64,000 nt of DNA, from positions 20,398,001 to 20,462,000 of the forward strand of contig JAGIQG010000014.1 of the NCBI GenBank assembly GCA_024679065.1. Reading direction: 5' to 3'. The notes beneath the pieces are model-generated. The model was given only the letters and a program-made list of their open reading frames with translations. It was not told the origin of the DNA and did no database searches. The position numbers and the translations under genes are program-made. Of this stretch, positions 24,350-37,009 are shown piece after piece. Each line of letters begins with the position of its first letter. Position 1 is the first letter of the stretch. Source of the stretch: Sphyrna mokarran. Lineage: Eukaryota.

Positions 24350-24790
24350 ATGGGAAAATGTTGGTAGGAATTTGCGAGACAGTACAAATTGTCATTTAGA
24401 AACTCAGATTAATCAGGGACGGTCAGCATGGATATGTTAAAGAAAGCTTTTGTCGGATTAACTTGATTGAATCTTGAGGGGAGAAAACAGGGAGGGTCAA
24501 TGAAATTAGTGGGTTTGATGTAATCTGCTTCAATTTTTGAAGGTTTTTGACCAGGCTCTACCTGGCAAACTACGATAAAAATAAAAGCCCAGGAACTCCA
24601 AGGAAAAGTGGCATGTTGGATCCAAAATTTATTGATTAACAACAGCAAAGGGTGATATTCGATACATGGTTTTGGGACTGTTTTTGTTGGGATTCCATAG
24701 GCTCAACACTAGGGGTTTGCTATACATCAATAATTTAGACCTAGGTGTAGAGGGTCGGATTTTGTAAAGTTTTACAAAAAAATAAGCATA
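24350..24790 (+). mobile_element. Old CR1 RT remnant
   Basis: GGACGGTCAGCATGGA and TGGATCCAAAATT resemble the RT-domain nucleotide sequence at 1080-1450; no intact frame. Confidence 0.5.
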
Positions 24791-25669
24791 GCCAGAATTC
24801 TCCCATGACCTCACTGAAGGGTTCAATACTGGGTGAGGGTGGAGAATACGGCTGGAGTCCAAAAATTGGTGTTACACTGGCGTAAATTTCCTGTGGGGTT
24901 TTCCAATGTTATCCACCGTGGCAGATCGGGAAACACCCGGAGGCAGCTGTGAAACTAATTTGCATCCCGCTAACTGAATGCAGATGAAGGCTTAACCGGA
25001 ATCTTCCACCCATACCGATTCTCCGCGATGCTGCAGGAATACACACTGGTCCCAAACACATCTGGGACATATGCAGAAGTTGGGACTCACCTAAACACTG
25101 CCTGGGGCTGCTTCTGGAGTTCGGGATGGAGGCCGCCAGCAATCACGGATCCTGGAAAGCCACAGCAGCGGCTGAAGGGAGCATTCTTCCAAGTTCAGTG
25201 TCATCGCGGAGGTACATCCTCCAGCCTCAGTGTGCTCCTGGGGATCTAATTTCTTTTTCAGCAGATCCATCTTCTTTCTTTAATGGTGGGTCGGTGATGC
25301 CTTTTGAATATGATGGCAGGACTCGCGTTGTCACACCTGCCCTGTCCCACATTATGGTATTAAATGTGTAGGTACATAATTAATGAGATTGGAGACAGAA
25401 GATGTGGGACAGTTTTCTACACCTCCGCAGCATCAAAACATATCCCATTTCCATCCTGGACCTTAGTCCCAGATGGGAGTATTCTGCCCTATGGGTTTAA
25501 CAGCAAGGGAAATAACTTTGGGTAGTTGGGCAAATGGAATTCCACCTGGAGAAGTATGAGATAAATTGAACTTGGGTGGATGTCTACAAACCTCTGAAAC
25601 TAATAGGAAAGTTAGATAAGATGGATAAGAAGCCATATAAGAAAGTTTATTTTGTTCAGTAAAACATAA

Positions 25670-25831
25670 GGCTGAATTTTCCAGCCCTTCCCAACAGCAG
25701 GATCTTCCATTCCCACCAAAGGCGATCCCCTGGTGAGTTTCCCAGTGGAGGAAGCCAGCCATACAAAACATCATGGACATCAGGGGGACTGGTCAACATG
25801 GAGCAGGGGTGCAGGGGCAAAAATCCTGCCC
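25670..25831. mobile_element. MITE-like element
   Basis: Imperfect TIR GGCTGAATTTT / AAAATCCTGCC; internal similarity to 36570-36770 and 38510-38645. Confidence 0.55.
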
Positions 25832-26229
25832 AGAAAATATTATATACAAGTCTAGTCACTGTATGAAAGGGATAATTTGATCATACTCGAGAGAGTGTAA
25901 AGGGAATTTGTGAGGATAATTTTAACTATGAGGAAAGATTGGATAGGCTACTCTCTGAGGAGAGATTTAGTTGACATTTTAAAACTATAAGGGTCTATCT
26001 ATTATTTTCCTTAGCAGGGATGTCAATAATTAGGTGGGAACATAGAATGGGAATTTCTGGCCTTTGGCTGCTCTCCAAGTTTTCCAGTCCCACCCATATC
26101 AATGCCCACCGCTGGCAGGACTGGAAAATCCTGGCCAATGTAATCGAGAAAGGGACTAAGGGAAGTTGAGGATAAATTTCTTCCATCCAAAAGATGGTGG
26201 AATCTGCCTGAAAGAGTGAAGGCAGAAAT

Positions 26230-26570
26230 CCATAGAATCATAGAATCTCTCCAGTGCAGAAGAAGGTCGGTTGGTACATTAGGTCTGCAACAGCTCTTCA
26301 AAACAGTATCCCATCTAAACCTTCCCTTCTGCCCTCTCTCCATAATTTACCATGGCTATTCCCCTAACTTACATGTCTTTGGACATTAATGGGCAATTTA
26401 ACATGGCTCATTCATCTAACCTGCCCATCATTGAAGAATGGGAGGAAACCGGAGCACCCAGAGGAAACCCATGCATATGCTGGAGAATGTGCAAACGTCA
26501 CAAAATCCCTCTTGAATTGAACCTGGCTTCCAAGTGTTGTGAGGTAACAGTGCTCGCCATGCTGCCCCAT
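26230..26570 (-). mobile_element. HE1/V-type SINE
   Basis: CATAGAATCATAGAATC tail and GGGAGGAAACCGGAGCACCC core. Confidence 0.8.
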
Positions 26571-26926
26571 CATGTTTAAAAGATACTCCGATATATGTGT
26601 GAAACACCGTAATCCCAAAGCTACGGACCAAAAGTTACAAAGTGGTATTAAGCTAAATAACTCTTTTTCGACCAGAATACACAGATTGGCCAAATAACTT
26701 TCTTCTGTGGTGTAAAAGTTTCTATTTTCTGTGAGATGTTAAACCTTTCCAGGTGAACATTATAGGTCTTATATCACTTTTTAAAGAAGATTTTTCTTCT
26801 AGTTCCCTTACAGTTTTAAAATGCCAAAGGTTTTCTTGATGTCCAGCTCTTTGATCATGTATTGGGCCAGTCCTCTCAATTCTCTCTTTCCCTTTCTGGG
26901 TTTGACACTATCATGAAACACATTGT

Positions 26927-27240
26927 GGGGCAGCATGTTGGCACAGTGGATAGCACTATTGCCTCAGAGTGCCAGGGACCTGGGTTCAATTCTGGCCTCG
27001 GCTGACAGGCTGGAGTTTGCACACATCCCCTGTATCTGCATGGCATCCTTCGGGAGCTGTGGTTTCCACCATAGTCCAAAGATGTGTGGATTAGATTCAT
27101 CGGCCGTGCTAAATCACCCTTTATTGTCGGGGGAATTAGCATCATAAATACATGGGGTTGCGGGGATAGGGTCTGGTGGATTGTTGTCAGTGCAGGTTCG
27201 ATGGGCTGATTGGCCTCCTTCTGCACAATAAGAATTCTGA
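26927..27240 (+). mobile_element. HE1/V-type SINE, full length
   Basis: GGGGCAGCATGTTGGCACAGTGG head, GGGTTCAATTC B-box, V core and tail. Confidence 0.85.
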
Positions 27241-29786
27241 GATTTTATTTTGTGATGCTTTGTTTTTTGAGCGTACATTATTGGTAGCGCTACTTTTGTC
27301 AGGGATAACATTCACCCTTTATGATGCCGCCAAAAGTATACTGATCATAAATCCCTGTGCTGTTCCTGGAACACTGCTACTGCAGCGTAACTTCTATTTG
27401 TTTACACATCAAAAATCACTGCACCCCCTAGAGAAATGCTATTGGATGATAATATTTTAATATGTGCAAATATTTCTTTATTTCTATATGTTGGTCAGTA
27501 AGGAAGGCTGATTAATTTGTGTGCAATGTAAAACCATCAAAGTGACACATTTTCAAAAAATATCATTGCTTGAATGTATTGTACAGTTATATTCAATAAC
27601 ATACAAAGAAAAGTCTTATTCCTGTACAGACAGTATACAAATTCACCTGTACCCCATATGCCTATGACATAAGTGTTAACCTCACTTTACTGAGGTAAGA
27701 CACACCCATAAACATTATCACATGTAACACAAAATTATTTATTATTTTACTCCTCTTTGCACTTTTCAAAATAAACTTTCATATTTTCACCTCTTTTACA
27801 CTGGTACGATATTTTTTTTTCTTCTTTCTTTGGAACTCCTGTCTCGTCTAGTGAAGGATCACTCTTCATCCTGTAGTATCACAGCCAAGTGATCAATTTA
27901 CAATCTGTGAGCCTGGACAGAGAGTCTCAGCAAGCTGTCGAACTGATGGTTGGGTAGGGAGAGCAACTATCACAATCCAGCTCGACCCAGCTCTCCCCAC
28001 CTGATGTCCACCAATGCTGTTTGTCCCAGAAGGAGTGACTTAGCAAGTGCTCAGTTATGGTATGTAATCCAACTTTTACTCTAATCTACCCGAGAGACCG
28101 ATCATTATTCATTTACGGCCACTACGGTGGACATTAGCTCACTTGATACTGATGGAGAATTGAACAGGAGATATCTATCTCATATCATCACACTTCTTAT
28201 CTCATAATAACCTGTGTACAAGTCACTTTTGTGCATAAGTAGCACATATACCTGCATGTATTTCATAGTATTCATACTGCGTTAATGTATAAGCCTCTCT
28301 GGTGGATGAGTCTATATTTCAGATTTTGAGAAGCATCAGGTTGTTGTTTTCTTTATTCCCATAGATTTGTCAAAAAACTACCTGAAACTCTATAAAAATC
28401 TTATTTTCAACTTAGTAACTCTTGGTCCTTTATAAAACTCTGTAGTTTAGACTTTAAGAACTTTCCCTAACTTGGATGTCCCTTCTAAACCCAATTCTAC
28501 AATCGTGGGCGAGACACAACCAAATGCTTGTCAGCATAAAAAGGATCCATTCAAACCCTTCCTCCCTTCCTTTGTCTCAATGTTTTCTTGTCTGCCTTCA
28601 TTATGATAAATATTATAGCCTGTTCCATTTTACCTCCTAAACTCAAATGCAATGGGTAACCAGCTCTTTTTCCTTACACTCTCACTGGTCAAAGTCACAG
28701 AGACCTTATTTCATTCAGTCTCCCGCTCCTTGTATGATTCTAAAACCTAAATGCCTTCCTTCCAGTTCCTCGTTTACCCCATCTTCCACCTCGCTTTGTT
28801 GAGAGGCAATACAGTATTGTACTATGCCCCACTGTTCACCTATGGTTTTCGATGGTAACTGTAGGTAATGGTAGGTTCAAGTAAATGTCTGCTTTCCAGG
28901 ATGAATCCGATGTTACCTTCCATTATTATCAATCCACGTAGTACAATTCTGAACCTAACATAAAGTATTATATAACATGTGACTGACATCAGAAATAACT
29001 TTACGTGGCTGGAATTTCCTGAAAACCTGCACTGAAATGAGAAGAGACGTAAGGAAAAGCTGCAAGCATTAGGAAATTAAAACAAGAACTGAAAATACAG
29101 GAACTACACAGTAGACTTTCCAGCATCTGAATTAAAAGGATTTCTGGAATATTTTTCTCTGCAGATAACCCCATGAAAAAATATTAAATTAATGGCTCAG
29201 TTCTATTTTTTGTCAGTAAATTACAAATCAGGAGTTTGTTCTACAGCAGTATTCAATTAAAATTTTCGTCACATTTTAAACCTTTAAATCACAATTTGAG
29301 CTTTGTGTCCACATTTCAGAAAAAAATATCCGAGGGATGGTGCAGAGCAGATGAATCACACTAACATACAATGTGTGGTGAGATGAGAAAAGCATTTTGG
29401 ATTGTGCTTCTCTATTTATCAATCTTAGGAGCATGTTTTATTGTGCACTTTGTAATGTTACAAAACCTTGGGTTTTGTATCAGCCCACCCACTATAGCCT
29501 TTGACTGCTTGTTGGCAATAACATGAGACAAATATTTAAGATGTTCATGTGACATGTTGCTCTGCCTGACTTCATACAGCCATTAAGCCGTTTATTTTGG
29601 ATGGATTGTTCTGCAGATATACAATTATCATCAGCAGCCATTTCTAGCTTACAACATTATCAACCAGTATTTGCCCACATTTGTTACACCTTCATGCACA
29701 TTAATCAAGTTCTGTGTTTGACTTAATGACAGAATGTGGAACTCACTTCCAAATGAGGAAAAAAATAGATGCATTTATCAGAAGGG

Positions 29787-29940
29787 AGATGTGTGGGTTA
29801 GGTTGATCGGCTATGCTAAATTGACTATTTGTGTCAGAAGGATTGTCAGGGTAAATATGTGTGGATAGGGCCTGAGTGGGATTGTTGTCAGTACAGGCTC
29901 GATGGGCCGAATAGCCTCCTTCTGCACAGTACGGATTTTA
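29787..29940 (+). mobile_element. HE1/V-type SINE, 3' half
   Basis: GATGTGTGGGTTAGGTTGATCGGC..CTCGATGGGCCGAATAGCCTCCTTCTGCAC. Confidence 0.75.
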
Positions 29941-30254
29941 TGATTGAAATCGGAATAGAAGAATGTGATGAGGCCAAGTGGGATTGTTGGGGTTGGGGGA
30001 GTTCAGCTCTTGTGAAATTAAACACCAGATAAGACCTACTAGACTGAATGGGCTGTGCTTGTTCTGTGAATTCTATGTTAAAATAGAACAAGCTGGAGAA
30101 AATGATGCCATGACAAAAAGAGGATGTTAAGGTTATGGGTGGACCCAAGCAGATTATCATGAAACATTAAGCAGTAATTCTGTGTTTTTGTGGCACTCTC
30201 GGTTTCACCTCACAGTCTCTCAAAAGGAGATTTTCTTTTATGATATACAAAGGT

Positions 30255-30285
<31 letters not shown>
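30255..30285 (+). repeat. poly(G) tract
   Basis: 31 consecutive G. Confidence 0.9.
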
Positions 30286-30288
<3 letters not shown>

Positions 30289-30901
30289 TGCTTGTACGCA
30301 GAGAGTGGCACAAAACTGCAGTGCTAAATATGGTACTAAAAAGCAGAAAGAGAACGACCATTTAAAGACACAGGAACAGAAACATTACCCTCTGCGCAAA
30401 GTGTCAATAATGAATGAGGCTGCAGTCCTTATTATTAGACTGAATCGATTTCGCCAGCTGATTGGAAGCTTAAATGCTCCATGACATTCATTATTGCTGT
30501 GTTTTATTCTGTTAGTTAATCAAAAAATAATTATTAGACAGAGCGCTGCATTTACCAAATGTAGTTTTGCAGCAATCCCTCAGCTTGTACCGAGTGACAG
30601 AATCTGTTGGATGTTCGGGGGTCACCTCCGCCAGACAGGTGGTCACTTCTCTGCACAGCTATAAAATGTTGCATGAGTGGAACTGGCCTCTTTGCAAATG
30701 TTCTCTCCTCCTCGCTCTTTGCATCTTGCCTCTTTCCTCACATGTAGCCATGGCAACTGTGTTAGTTGGTTCGCTTGCTGCAAATGACCACAGCTTGCCT
30801 CAAAATGTCGATGGCATCCCTCAACAGATGTTAATTCACGAAAGTTGCGAAGGACAAAAGAAAAAACTCATTTTCATGGCAACAATTTTGACAGCAATCA
30901 C

Positions 30902-31088
30902 TCACAAACACCAGAAGCAGGCTTTCTTAGGCTTGCGTGCTTTACCCTTCAGCTCTTGTTTCTGACTAGTTTGTGTGTCTGCGTTCCCTCTGGGCAAATA
31001 CGGCTGGTGTGAACTTTCATCTTCGCTTTCCAAAGCTCGTAGCACTTGATGGAATCTGCCTTCCTGTTGTCTAAAGTCATATTCTACA
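30902..31088 (-). CDS. INSYN2B: Terminal coding exon of inhibitory synaptic factor 2B (FAM196B), nested antisense in a DOCK2 intron
   Basis: Acceptor gtatttttccccag, then T+GTA (phase 2, split Ser codon). Translates (S)[61 protein letters not shown], matching recalled human [21 protein letters not shown]...KQDLRRKTKKVKKKCFWWI. Confidence 0.9.
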
Positions 31089-31559
31089 CTGGGGAAAAAT
31101 ACAGATAGATCAAATAAAACCGCTGCCAGTTGGAAATATAACTGTGCCAGTACCATAAATTAACACGAACAATATGTGACACTTCCCTTCATTTTCTTCC
31201 ACTATTGCTGGTGCACTGAGTTGAGACACTGGCTTCTTGCCTCTAGGACTTGTGCCCAAATCCATTCTCAGACTATGAGGATGGAAACTTTGTTTGTACA
31301 TTAAGAATCTTGGACAGTCTCATTTCAGCTTGCAGGTCCGGCAGCATCTGTGCAGCAAGAGACATTAGTTAACATTTTGAGTCTGAAGGAACCTTTTTCA
31401 GGACTCGAACTGTTTCTCTCTCCACAGATGCAACCAGAACTGCTGAGTTTTTTTTTGTTTTCATTTTAGATATCCGGTGCCTGTAGCATTTTGCGTTCAT
31501 TCCAGCTTGCTGCTGAAAAATACCCAATGAATGAAAAAACTGGTGCCAAATCCCCACAA

Positions 31560-31980
31560 AGGGGAGATGGTGGCAGAGTGATAATGTTATCGGCCCAGTC
31601 TAATGCTGTGGAGAGACATGGGTGAGACAGGACCATGGAGTTTGGGTGGGATTTTTCGGCCTTAGGGCGAGTGCAGCTGGAAAATCCGGCCCCTAGGTTC
31701 AAACCCACCTTTGGAAACTGGTGAAAATTCAATCTGATTAATAATTCTGGAATGTGCAACTAGTGTTGATGCGTATCAGTAATAGTGACCAGGAAGCTAT
31801 TGTCTATTGTCACAAGGCCCATTTGGTCTACTAATGTCCTTTAGGGAAGGAAATCTGCCATCCTTACCATGTGATTCCAGATTTTCAAGACCCTCAGGTT
31901 AAGGGCAATCAGGAATGGGCACCAACTGCTGACCTTGCCAATAAACCTGACCTCTCATGAAAAGATGTTTATTAAAAATC
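31560..31980 (+). mobile_element. SINE of the 7195 family with a small TIR element inserted (31644-31693)
   Basis: GGTTCAAACCC and CTAATGTCCTTTAGGGAAGGAAATCTGCC; insert bounded by GGGTGGGATTTTTC / GGAAAATCCGGCCC. Confidence 0.65.
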
Positions 31981-33175
31981 CCACAGTAAGTAAGGGCAGG
32001 GCTATGGAGAATGGAAGAATGATACACGTTTGCAGTGATGGTGATCTTCTGAGATTAGGGCTATGTACTTAACATTGTTATATTTGCCCCTGAAAAATTT
32101 GATGCTGCGCTGAATGCTTGAAGTATTTTTGCAGCTTGCCTCCAGGAACATAACATTTACTTGCCCCTTACATTATTAATAACACTTGTTTTTGTCAGGA
32201 TGAGCTTGGCAATCAAAAAGTTATAAAACAATGTTATTTTTGACATTAAAAAAGTTCAAACTCTTTATTACTGAATTGGATGAGGTGCATCAGCCGGCAG
32301 TGGTCCTGTTTTGTTATCGTTCCGAACAAAAATGGTCCTTTTATTTGTGAAGTAACACTGAAGATTAGGAGTATCTCCAAGCAATTACCTCTCCATTGAC
32401 AGTAAGAATAGGTCAATGTCCATGAATGTTAGCTAATTGTGAATTCCATCACTTAATGTGATCAATCCCTGTTACAATCTCTGATACAGAATTTGCTACA
32501 GCCTTAGGAAATCCAAACACTGACCCATAACGTGGATATACCATGGCTTACAAATAGACTCCTCAGTCTAACAAATTATCTGGATTTATCTAATCAGAGC
32601 ACTTTTTCCACTGAGCTACTGGCTCTGACCAGCAGCCATCAAAGAATTGGATTATCGTGGAGTTTTGCTGCTTCTTAAGATCTTTAAAGATGGTAGGTGG
32701 CATCTGGAGGCAGACCCATCCCCTTCCCCCCCTCCTTCCTCCACCTCCCTCCCCCCCACATCTCCGGTTCTCATCCCCCCCCCCCCCCCCCCACCCCAAG
32801 GGTTGGGGATTTAAAATTATTTAAATCCCCAACCCTTCATAACATGATAATAACTATGTTGCAGCTGTCAGTCAAAGTAAAAGCACAAACACATGCTGCT
32901 GAGTACAGTCCACCTGGTGTAACTTAGAAAAAAGACATCAGCAACTGTTTATGAGGATTCAATATATTTCTCATTGTTGACACTCCTCAACTGAGCCCTT
33001 TATGATACTTAACTACATTTCAAAAAATCCATCCACTCATTTTATCAAGGGATCTGGAAAGGGTACAGAGTGTTGAGTTCACATTTAGTTTTGCAGTTTA
33101 AGGGTCTATTACAGGATTATCTGACTTTGATGTAGCCACTGAATAGAAGTTTGATTGTTTTTACAACAGACTAAC

Positions 33176-33385
33176 CATAGAATCTCTACAGTGCAGAAGG
33201 AGGCTATTTAGCCCACCAAGTCTGCACTGATTTCTGAACTTTTACCCAGACCCACCTCTCCACCCTACCTCCAAAACCCTGCATGTTTACCAATGCAAAT
33301 CCACCTAACCTACACATCTTTGGACACTAAGGGACATTTTAGCATTGCCAATCTACCCAATCTGCACATTTCTGGACAGTTGAGG
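33176..33385 (-). mobile_element. HE1/V-type SINE, 3' part
   Basis: CATAGAATCTCTACAGTGCAGAAGGAGGC and CCACCTAACCTACACATCTTTGGAC. Confidence 0.75.
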
Positions 33386-34464
33386 AACCATGAGGAATTT
33401 AAAATATTTTGGTGGGTTTTATAAACAAGAGCTTTTCTTTCAGCATTAGGTGTGTATGAGTGAGAGTTATCTCAGATTGTTAGTTTAATGTTCTTTGCCT
33501 CATGGTTTTGGAGGCCTGCCCATTGTGGATACTGGGTGAGTGGCTAAGGTCTGGTATGAGGACATTACATGGCTTGGGAGTTTCTGTGGGGGAGGCAGTA
33601 GTGAAGATGAGGGGTAATAGCCCCTTTTATAATGGTGGGCCAAAATCTCAGAGAATAGAGTTGGGCTTCTAACCAGCCCATCCTGAAACTTGCATGCCTC
33701 ACTGGTTACCTCCAAATTGACTCTGGAGATAGCAGGTCTGATTTGATCATGCTCCTGCACTACCCCACTCTTGAATGAACCTTGTTGGTGCAGTGGTAGT
33801 TTCTCTGAAATTGGCATACTGCGTTGGGAGATTTCCTGACTCAAGCTTCCTACATCCTTGGCAAAAATGTAGCCATCAAGTCTCATGATGATAGGTCGAT
33901 GCAATGAAAGATAAATGATGACTTACCTTGAAGGCTGTAATTTTTTTTGTTATTTTTAGGAATTGTTCCAAATTCCTTGCCCTAGCTATGGCCTCTACCC
34001 CTCACTCTGGCACAATTTGAGAATAAGCCATTTTATTCACAATTTTCGTGTCAAACTTGAGGTGAGAGACCTTCGTGCCATGAGCAAGACAGTTCTTTTC
34101 TATCTCATCTCAGTCCATCTGTTGCTGAAACTTTGATTCAAACCTTTGTTACCCCTCAGTTCGTTAATTAACTCTTGACTGGTCTCCCACATTCTACCCT
34201 CTGTAAATTTGAGGTCATCCAAAACTGCCTGTGTCTTAACTCACACCTAATCCCTTCTTCCTTCCATTTTGATACTTGTTGACCTTCATTGGGTCTCAGT
34301 CAAGCAACACCTTCATTTTAAATTTCTCATCCTTGTTTTCAAATTCCTTCATGGCTTTGTCACTTTCTCTGTAATCTCCTCCAGTCTTACAATCCTCTGA
34401 GACATCTGCATTCAACTAATTTTGGGATCTTGAACACCTGCAATTTTAATTGCTCCTATCACCA

Positions 34465-35100
34465 TCTTGAGGGTGATCATTGACCAGAAATTGAAGAAGA
34501 CCAGCCATATAAACACTGTGCAGACAAGGGATCCTGTGGTGAGTAACACAGTTCCTGACTCCCCAAAGCATGCCTATCATCTACAAGAAGCAAATCAGGA
34601 CTGTAATAGAATACTCTCCACTTGCCTGGATGAGTGCAGCTCCAACAACATTCATGAAGTTCAATATCATCTAGAACAAAGGAGCACACTTGATTGGCAC
34701 ACTAGCCACAGAAATTCATTTCATCCATCACTGACATACAATCTACCAGATGGTACATACCATCTATGAGGAACTTACCAAGTCTCCTTAGACAGTAAAT
34801 TCCAAACCATGACTGCTATCATCTCGAGGGACAAGGCAGCAGATACATGGGAAATGTCACCACCTGGAACCTCCCTTTCCAAGTCACTCACCATCCTGAT
34901 TGAGAAATATATCTCTGTTCCTTCACTGTCACTGGGTCAAAACCCTTGAACTCCCTCCCAAACAGTACTTTCTGCATCACAAGAACAGCAATGGCTGAAG
35001 GAAGCAACTCACCATCATCTTTTCAAAGGTAATTAGGGGTAGGCAGCAAAAGATGGCCTAACCAATGTTGCCCACTTACTGTGTATATGAATTTTTAAAA
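34465..35100 (+). mobile_element. Old non-LTR LINE 3' remnant with tail shared with the 7195 SINE family
   Basis: Homologous to 9700, 47620 and 51490; ends GGTAATTAGGGGTAGGCAGCAAAAGATGGCC..AATTTTTAAAA. Confidence 0.6.
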
Positions 35101-35355
35101 AGAAACTGCACCTTCAGTTGTCTGGATCCTAATGCATAAAATTCACTTCCTCTCAGCTGCTCTAGATCACTTTCATCTTTTAAGACTTTCATTCTTTAAA
35201 ACTTACCTCTTTGATCAAACTTTTGGTTACCTGATGCAACAGCTCCTTGTATGGCTCTCTCTCTCACATTTTGTTTTATAATGTTTTGGCAAAATGCCTT
35301 GGGAACTTGCATTATTTTAAATGCTGTGTGTAGTAAACATTGTTATTGTGATATT

Positions 35356-35746
35356 GAACATAGAACATAGAACATTACAGCGCAGAACAGGCCCTTCAGC
35401 CTTCGATGTTGCACCGACCAATTATGAAAAAAGCAATGACCCTTCAAACTAAACCATTCCATTCTCTTCCATATACTTATCAACTAACCTCTTAAACGCC
35501 ACCAAACTTGGCGCATCTACAACTGCCGCAGGCAGGGCCTTCCATACCCTTACCACCCTCTGGGTAAAGAACCTACCTCTGATATCCGTCCTATAACTAT
35601 CACCCCTTAATTTAAAGATGTGTCCCCTCGTGCTAGCTTTCTCCATCCTAGGAAAAAGGCTATCACTGTCCACCCTATCTAAACCTCTAATCATCTTATA
35701 TGTTTCGATAAGGTCTCCTCTTAGCCGCCTCCTTTCTAATGAAAAC
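35356..35746 (-). mobile_element. CR1 LINE 3' fragment, same family as 437-2359
   Basis: ORF 35449-35694 (DSDSLFPRMEKASTRGH..KRLVDKYMEENGMV) is nearly identical to the end of 1714-2265. (GTTCTAT)n tail; TGAACA at both junctions. Confidence 0.92.
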
Positions 35747-37009
35747 TGAACAGTTTTCTGAAGTACTGATCAGTTGAGATTGGAAGTAACTGTGAATATG
35801 CTTGCGTCCAAAGTCTAAAGCTAAACCTTAATTACTTTTCACCAGTTAATGGCCTCTTGTTCACAACATTACCTTTGCTCATTTCTTATCTCATTTTATG
35901 CTTCCAGATTACTGTTATAGAATCATACCCCATAGAAAGAAGTTATTTGGCTCATGATGTTTGTACTGGCTTTTTGAAAGAGCATACCCTTCACTTTGCC
36001 CTTAGCCTCTCAATTTTTTCCCTTTCAACAATATATTTCGTTCCCTTATGGAAAGTTAATATTGTGTCTGCTTCCAGTTATTTGCTCCATTTCCAGGTAA
36101 GACGCACCAGATCAGAACAACTTCCTATATAAAAGTATTTTATTCTTATCTTCTCATTGAAAGGAAATTTCCTTTGAACTACTCCAGTGTTCTGTCTCAG
36201 CCTCCATTCAGCATCAAATCCCAGATGTTGAATATATATATCCTAATAAAGAAATGTTTTCCGATGTCTGATCTTCACTGGTACTATTTGTAGCCATGAA
36301 TCATGCCCTTTTGACCTGTTCTCTTCATGTATCTCTTTCAGGTGTCAGTCTGTTATTTCCTTTCTCGATCCCATTGCTTATCTCCTGCATCATCTTGGAT
36401 AATTTTCCTTCATCATCAAATGCACGATCTTGACAATAAAATAATTTTAGGCCTTGTTCAGTTCGTGGGGCTTAAATTTGACTACATCAGCTTCCTCCAG
36501 CACTTTAAAGATTTAAATCTTCTCAACTATTCAATCTCCTTCCTAAATGCATAAGCTAAACTCCAAAAGACTACATTAATAATAAATAATAGATGGGCTT
36601 CTCTGGCATCCCCGCAATGTTTTTCTCGACAATGGGAGGCAGTGTGCCGTTCACTGATGGCAGGGTCCTCTGATCCTGCCACTGGCAATGGGAAACCTGT
36701 GGCATAGGGTGCAACACAGATGGGGTCAGAGAATCTTGCCAGCCGTGAACAGCTGGAAAATTCCACCCAAAATCTTAATAATAATATTCCTTCCATGCAT
36801 TATGTTTCATTCAGTGTTTGCCTTACTTGGATTAAGGCCCTGTCTGCACTATTTTAACAGATTCATTAAATGAAGGGGTTAATGACTAGTTTAATCTTAA
36901 ATTAATTTTTAACAGGAGTTTAACACCAATTATCACGCTATAAATAATGCACAATGGGAATTCAGTTGCACATACTTCGAATTTCCTTGCATTTTATTTT
37001 TGTCTCCAT

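Larger units (their letters stand above)
27477..30901 (-). other. INSYN2B: Candidate 3' UTR of INSYN2B
   Basis: Follows the TGA at 30904-30902. Minus-strand AATAAA sites include 30508-30503, 28357-28352, 27743-27738 and 27482-27477. AT-rich and relatively repeat-poor. The true end is not determinable from sequence. Confidence 0.4.

Noticed and set aside
31089-31156. N-terminal part of ORF 30902-31156
   Set aside because: Intronic read-through upstream of the splice acceptor.
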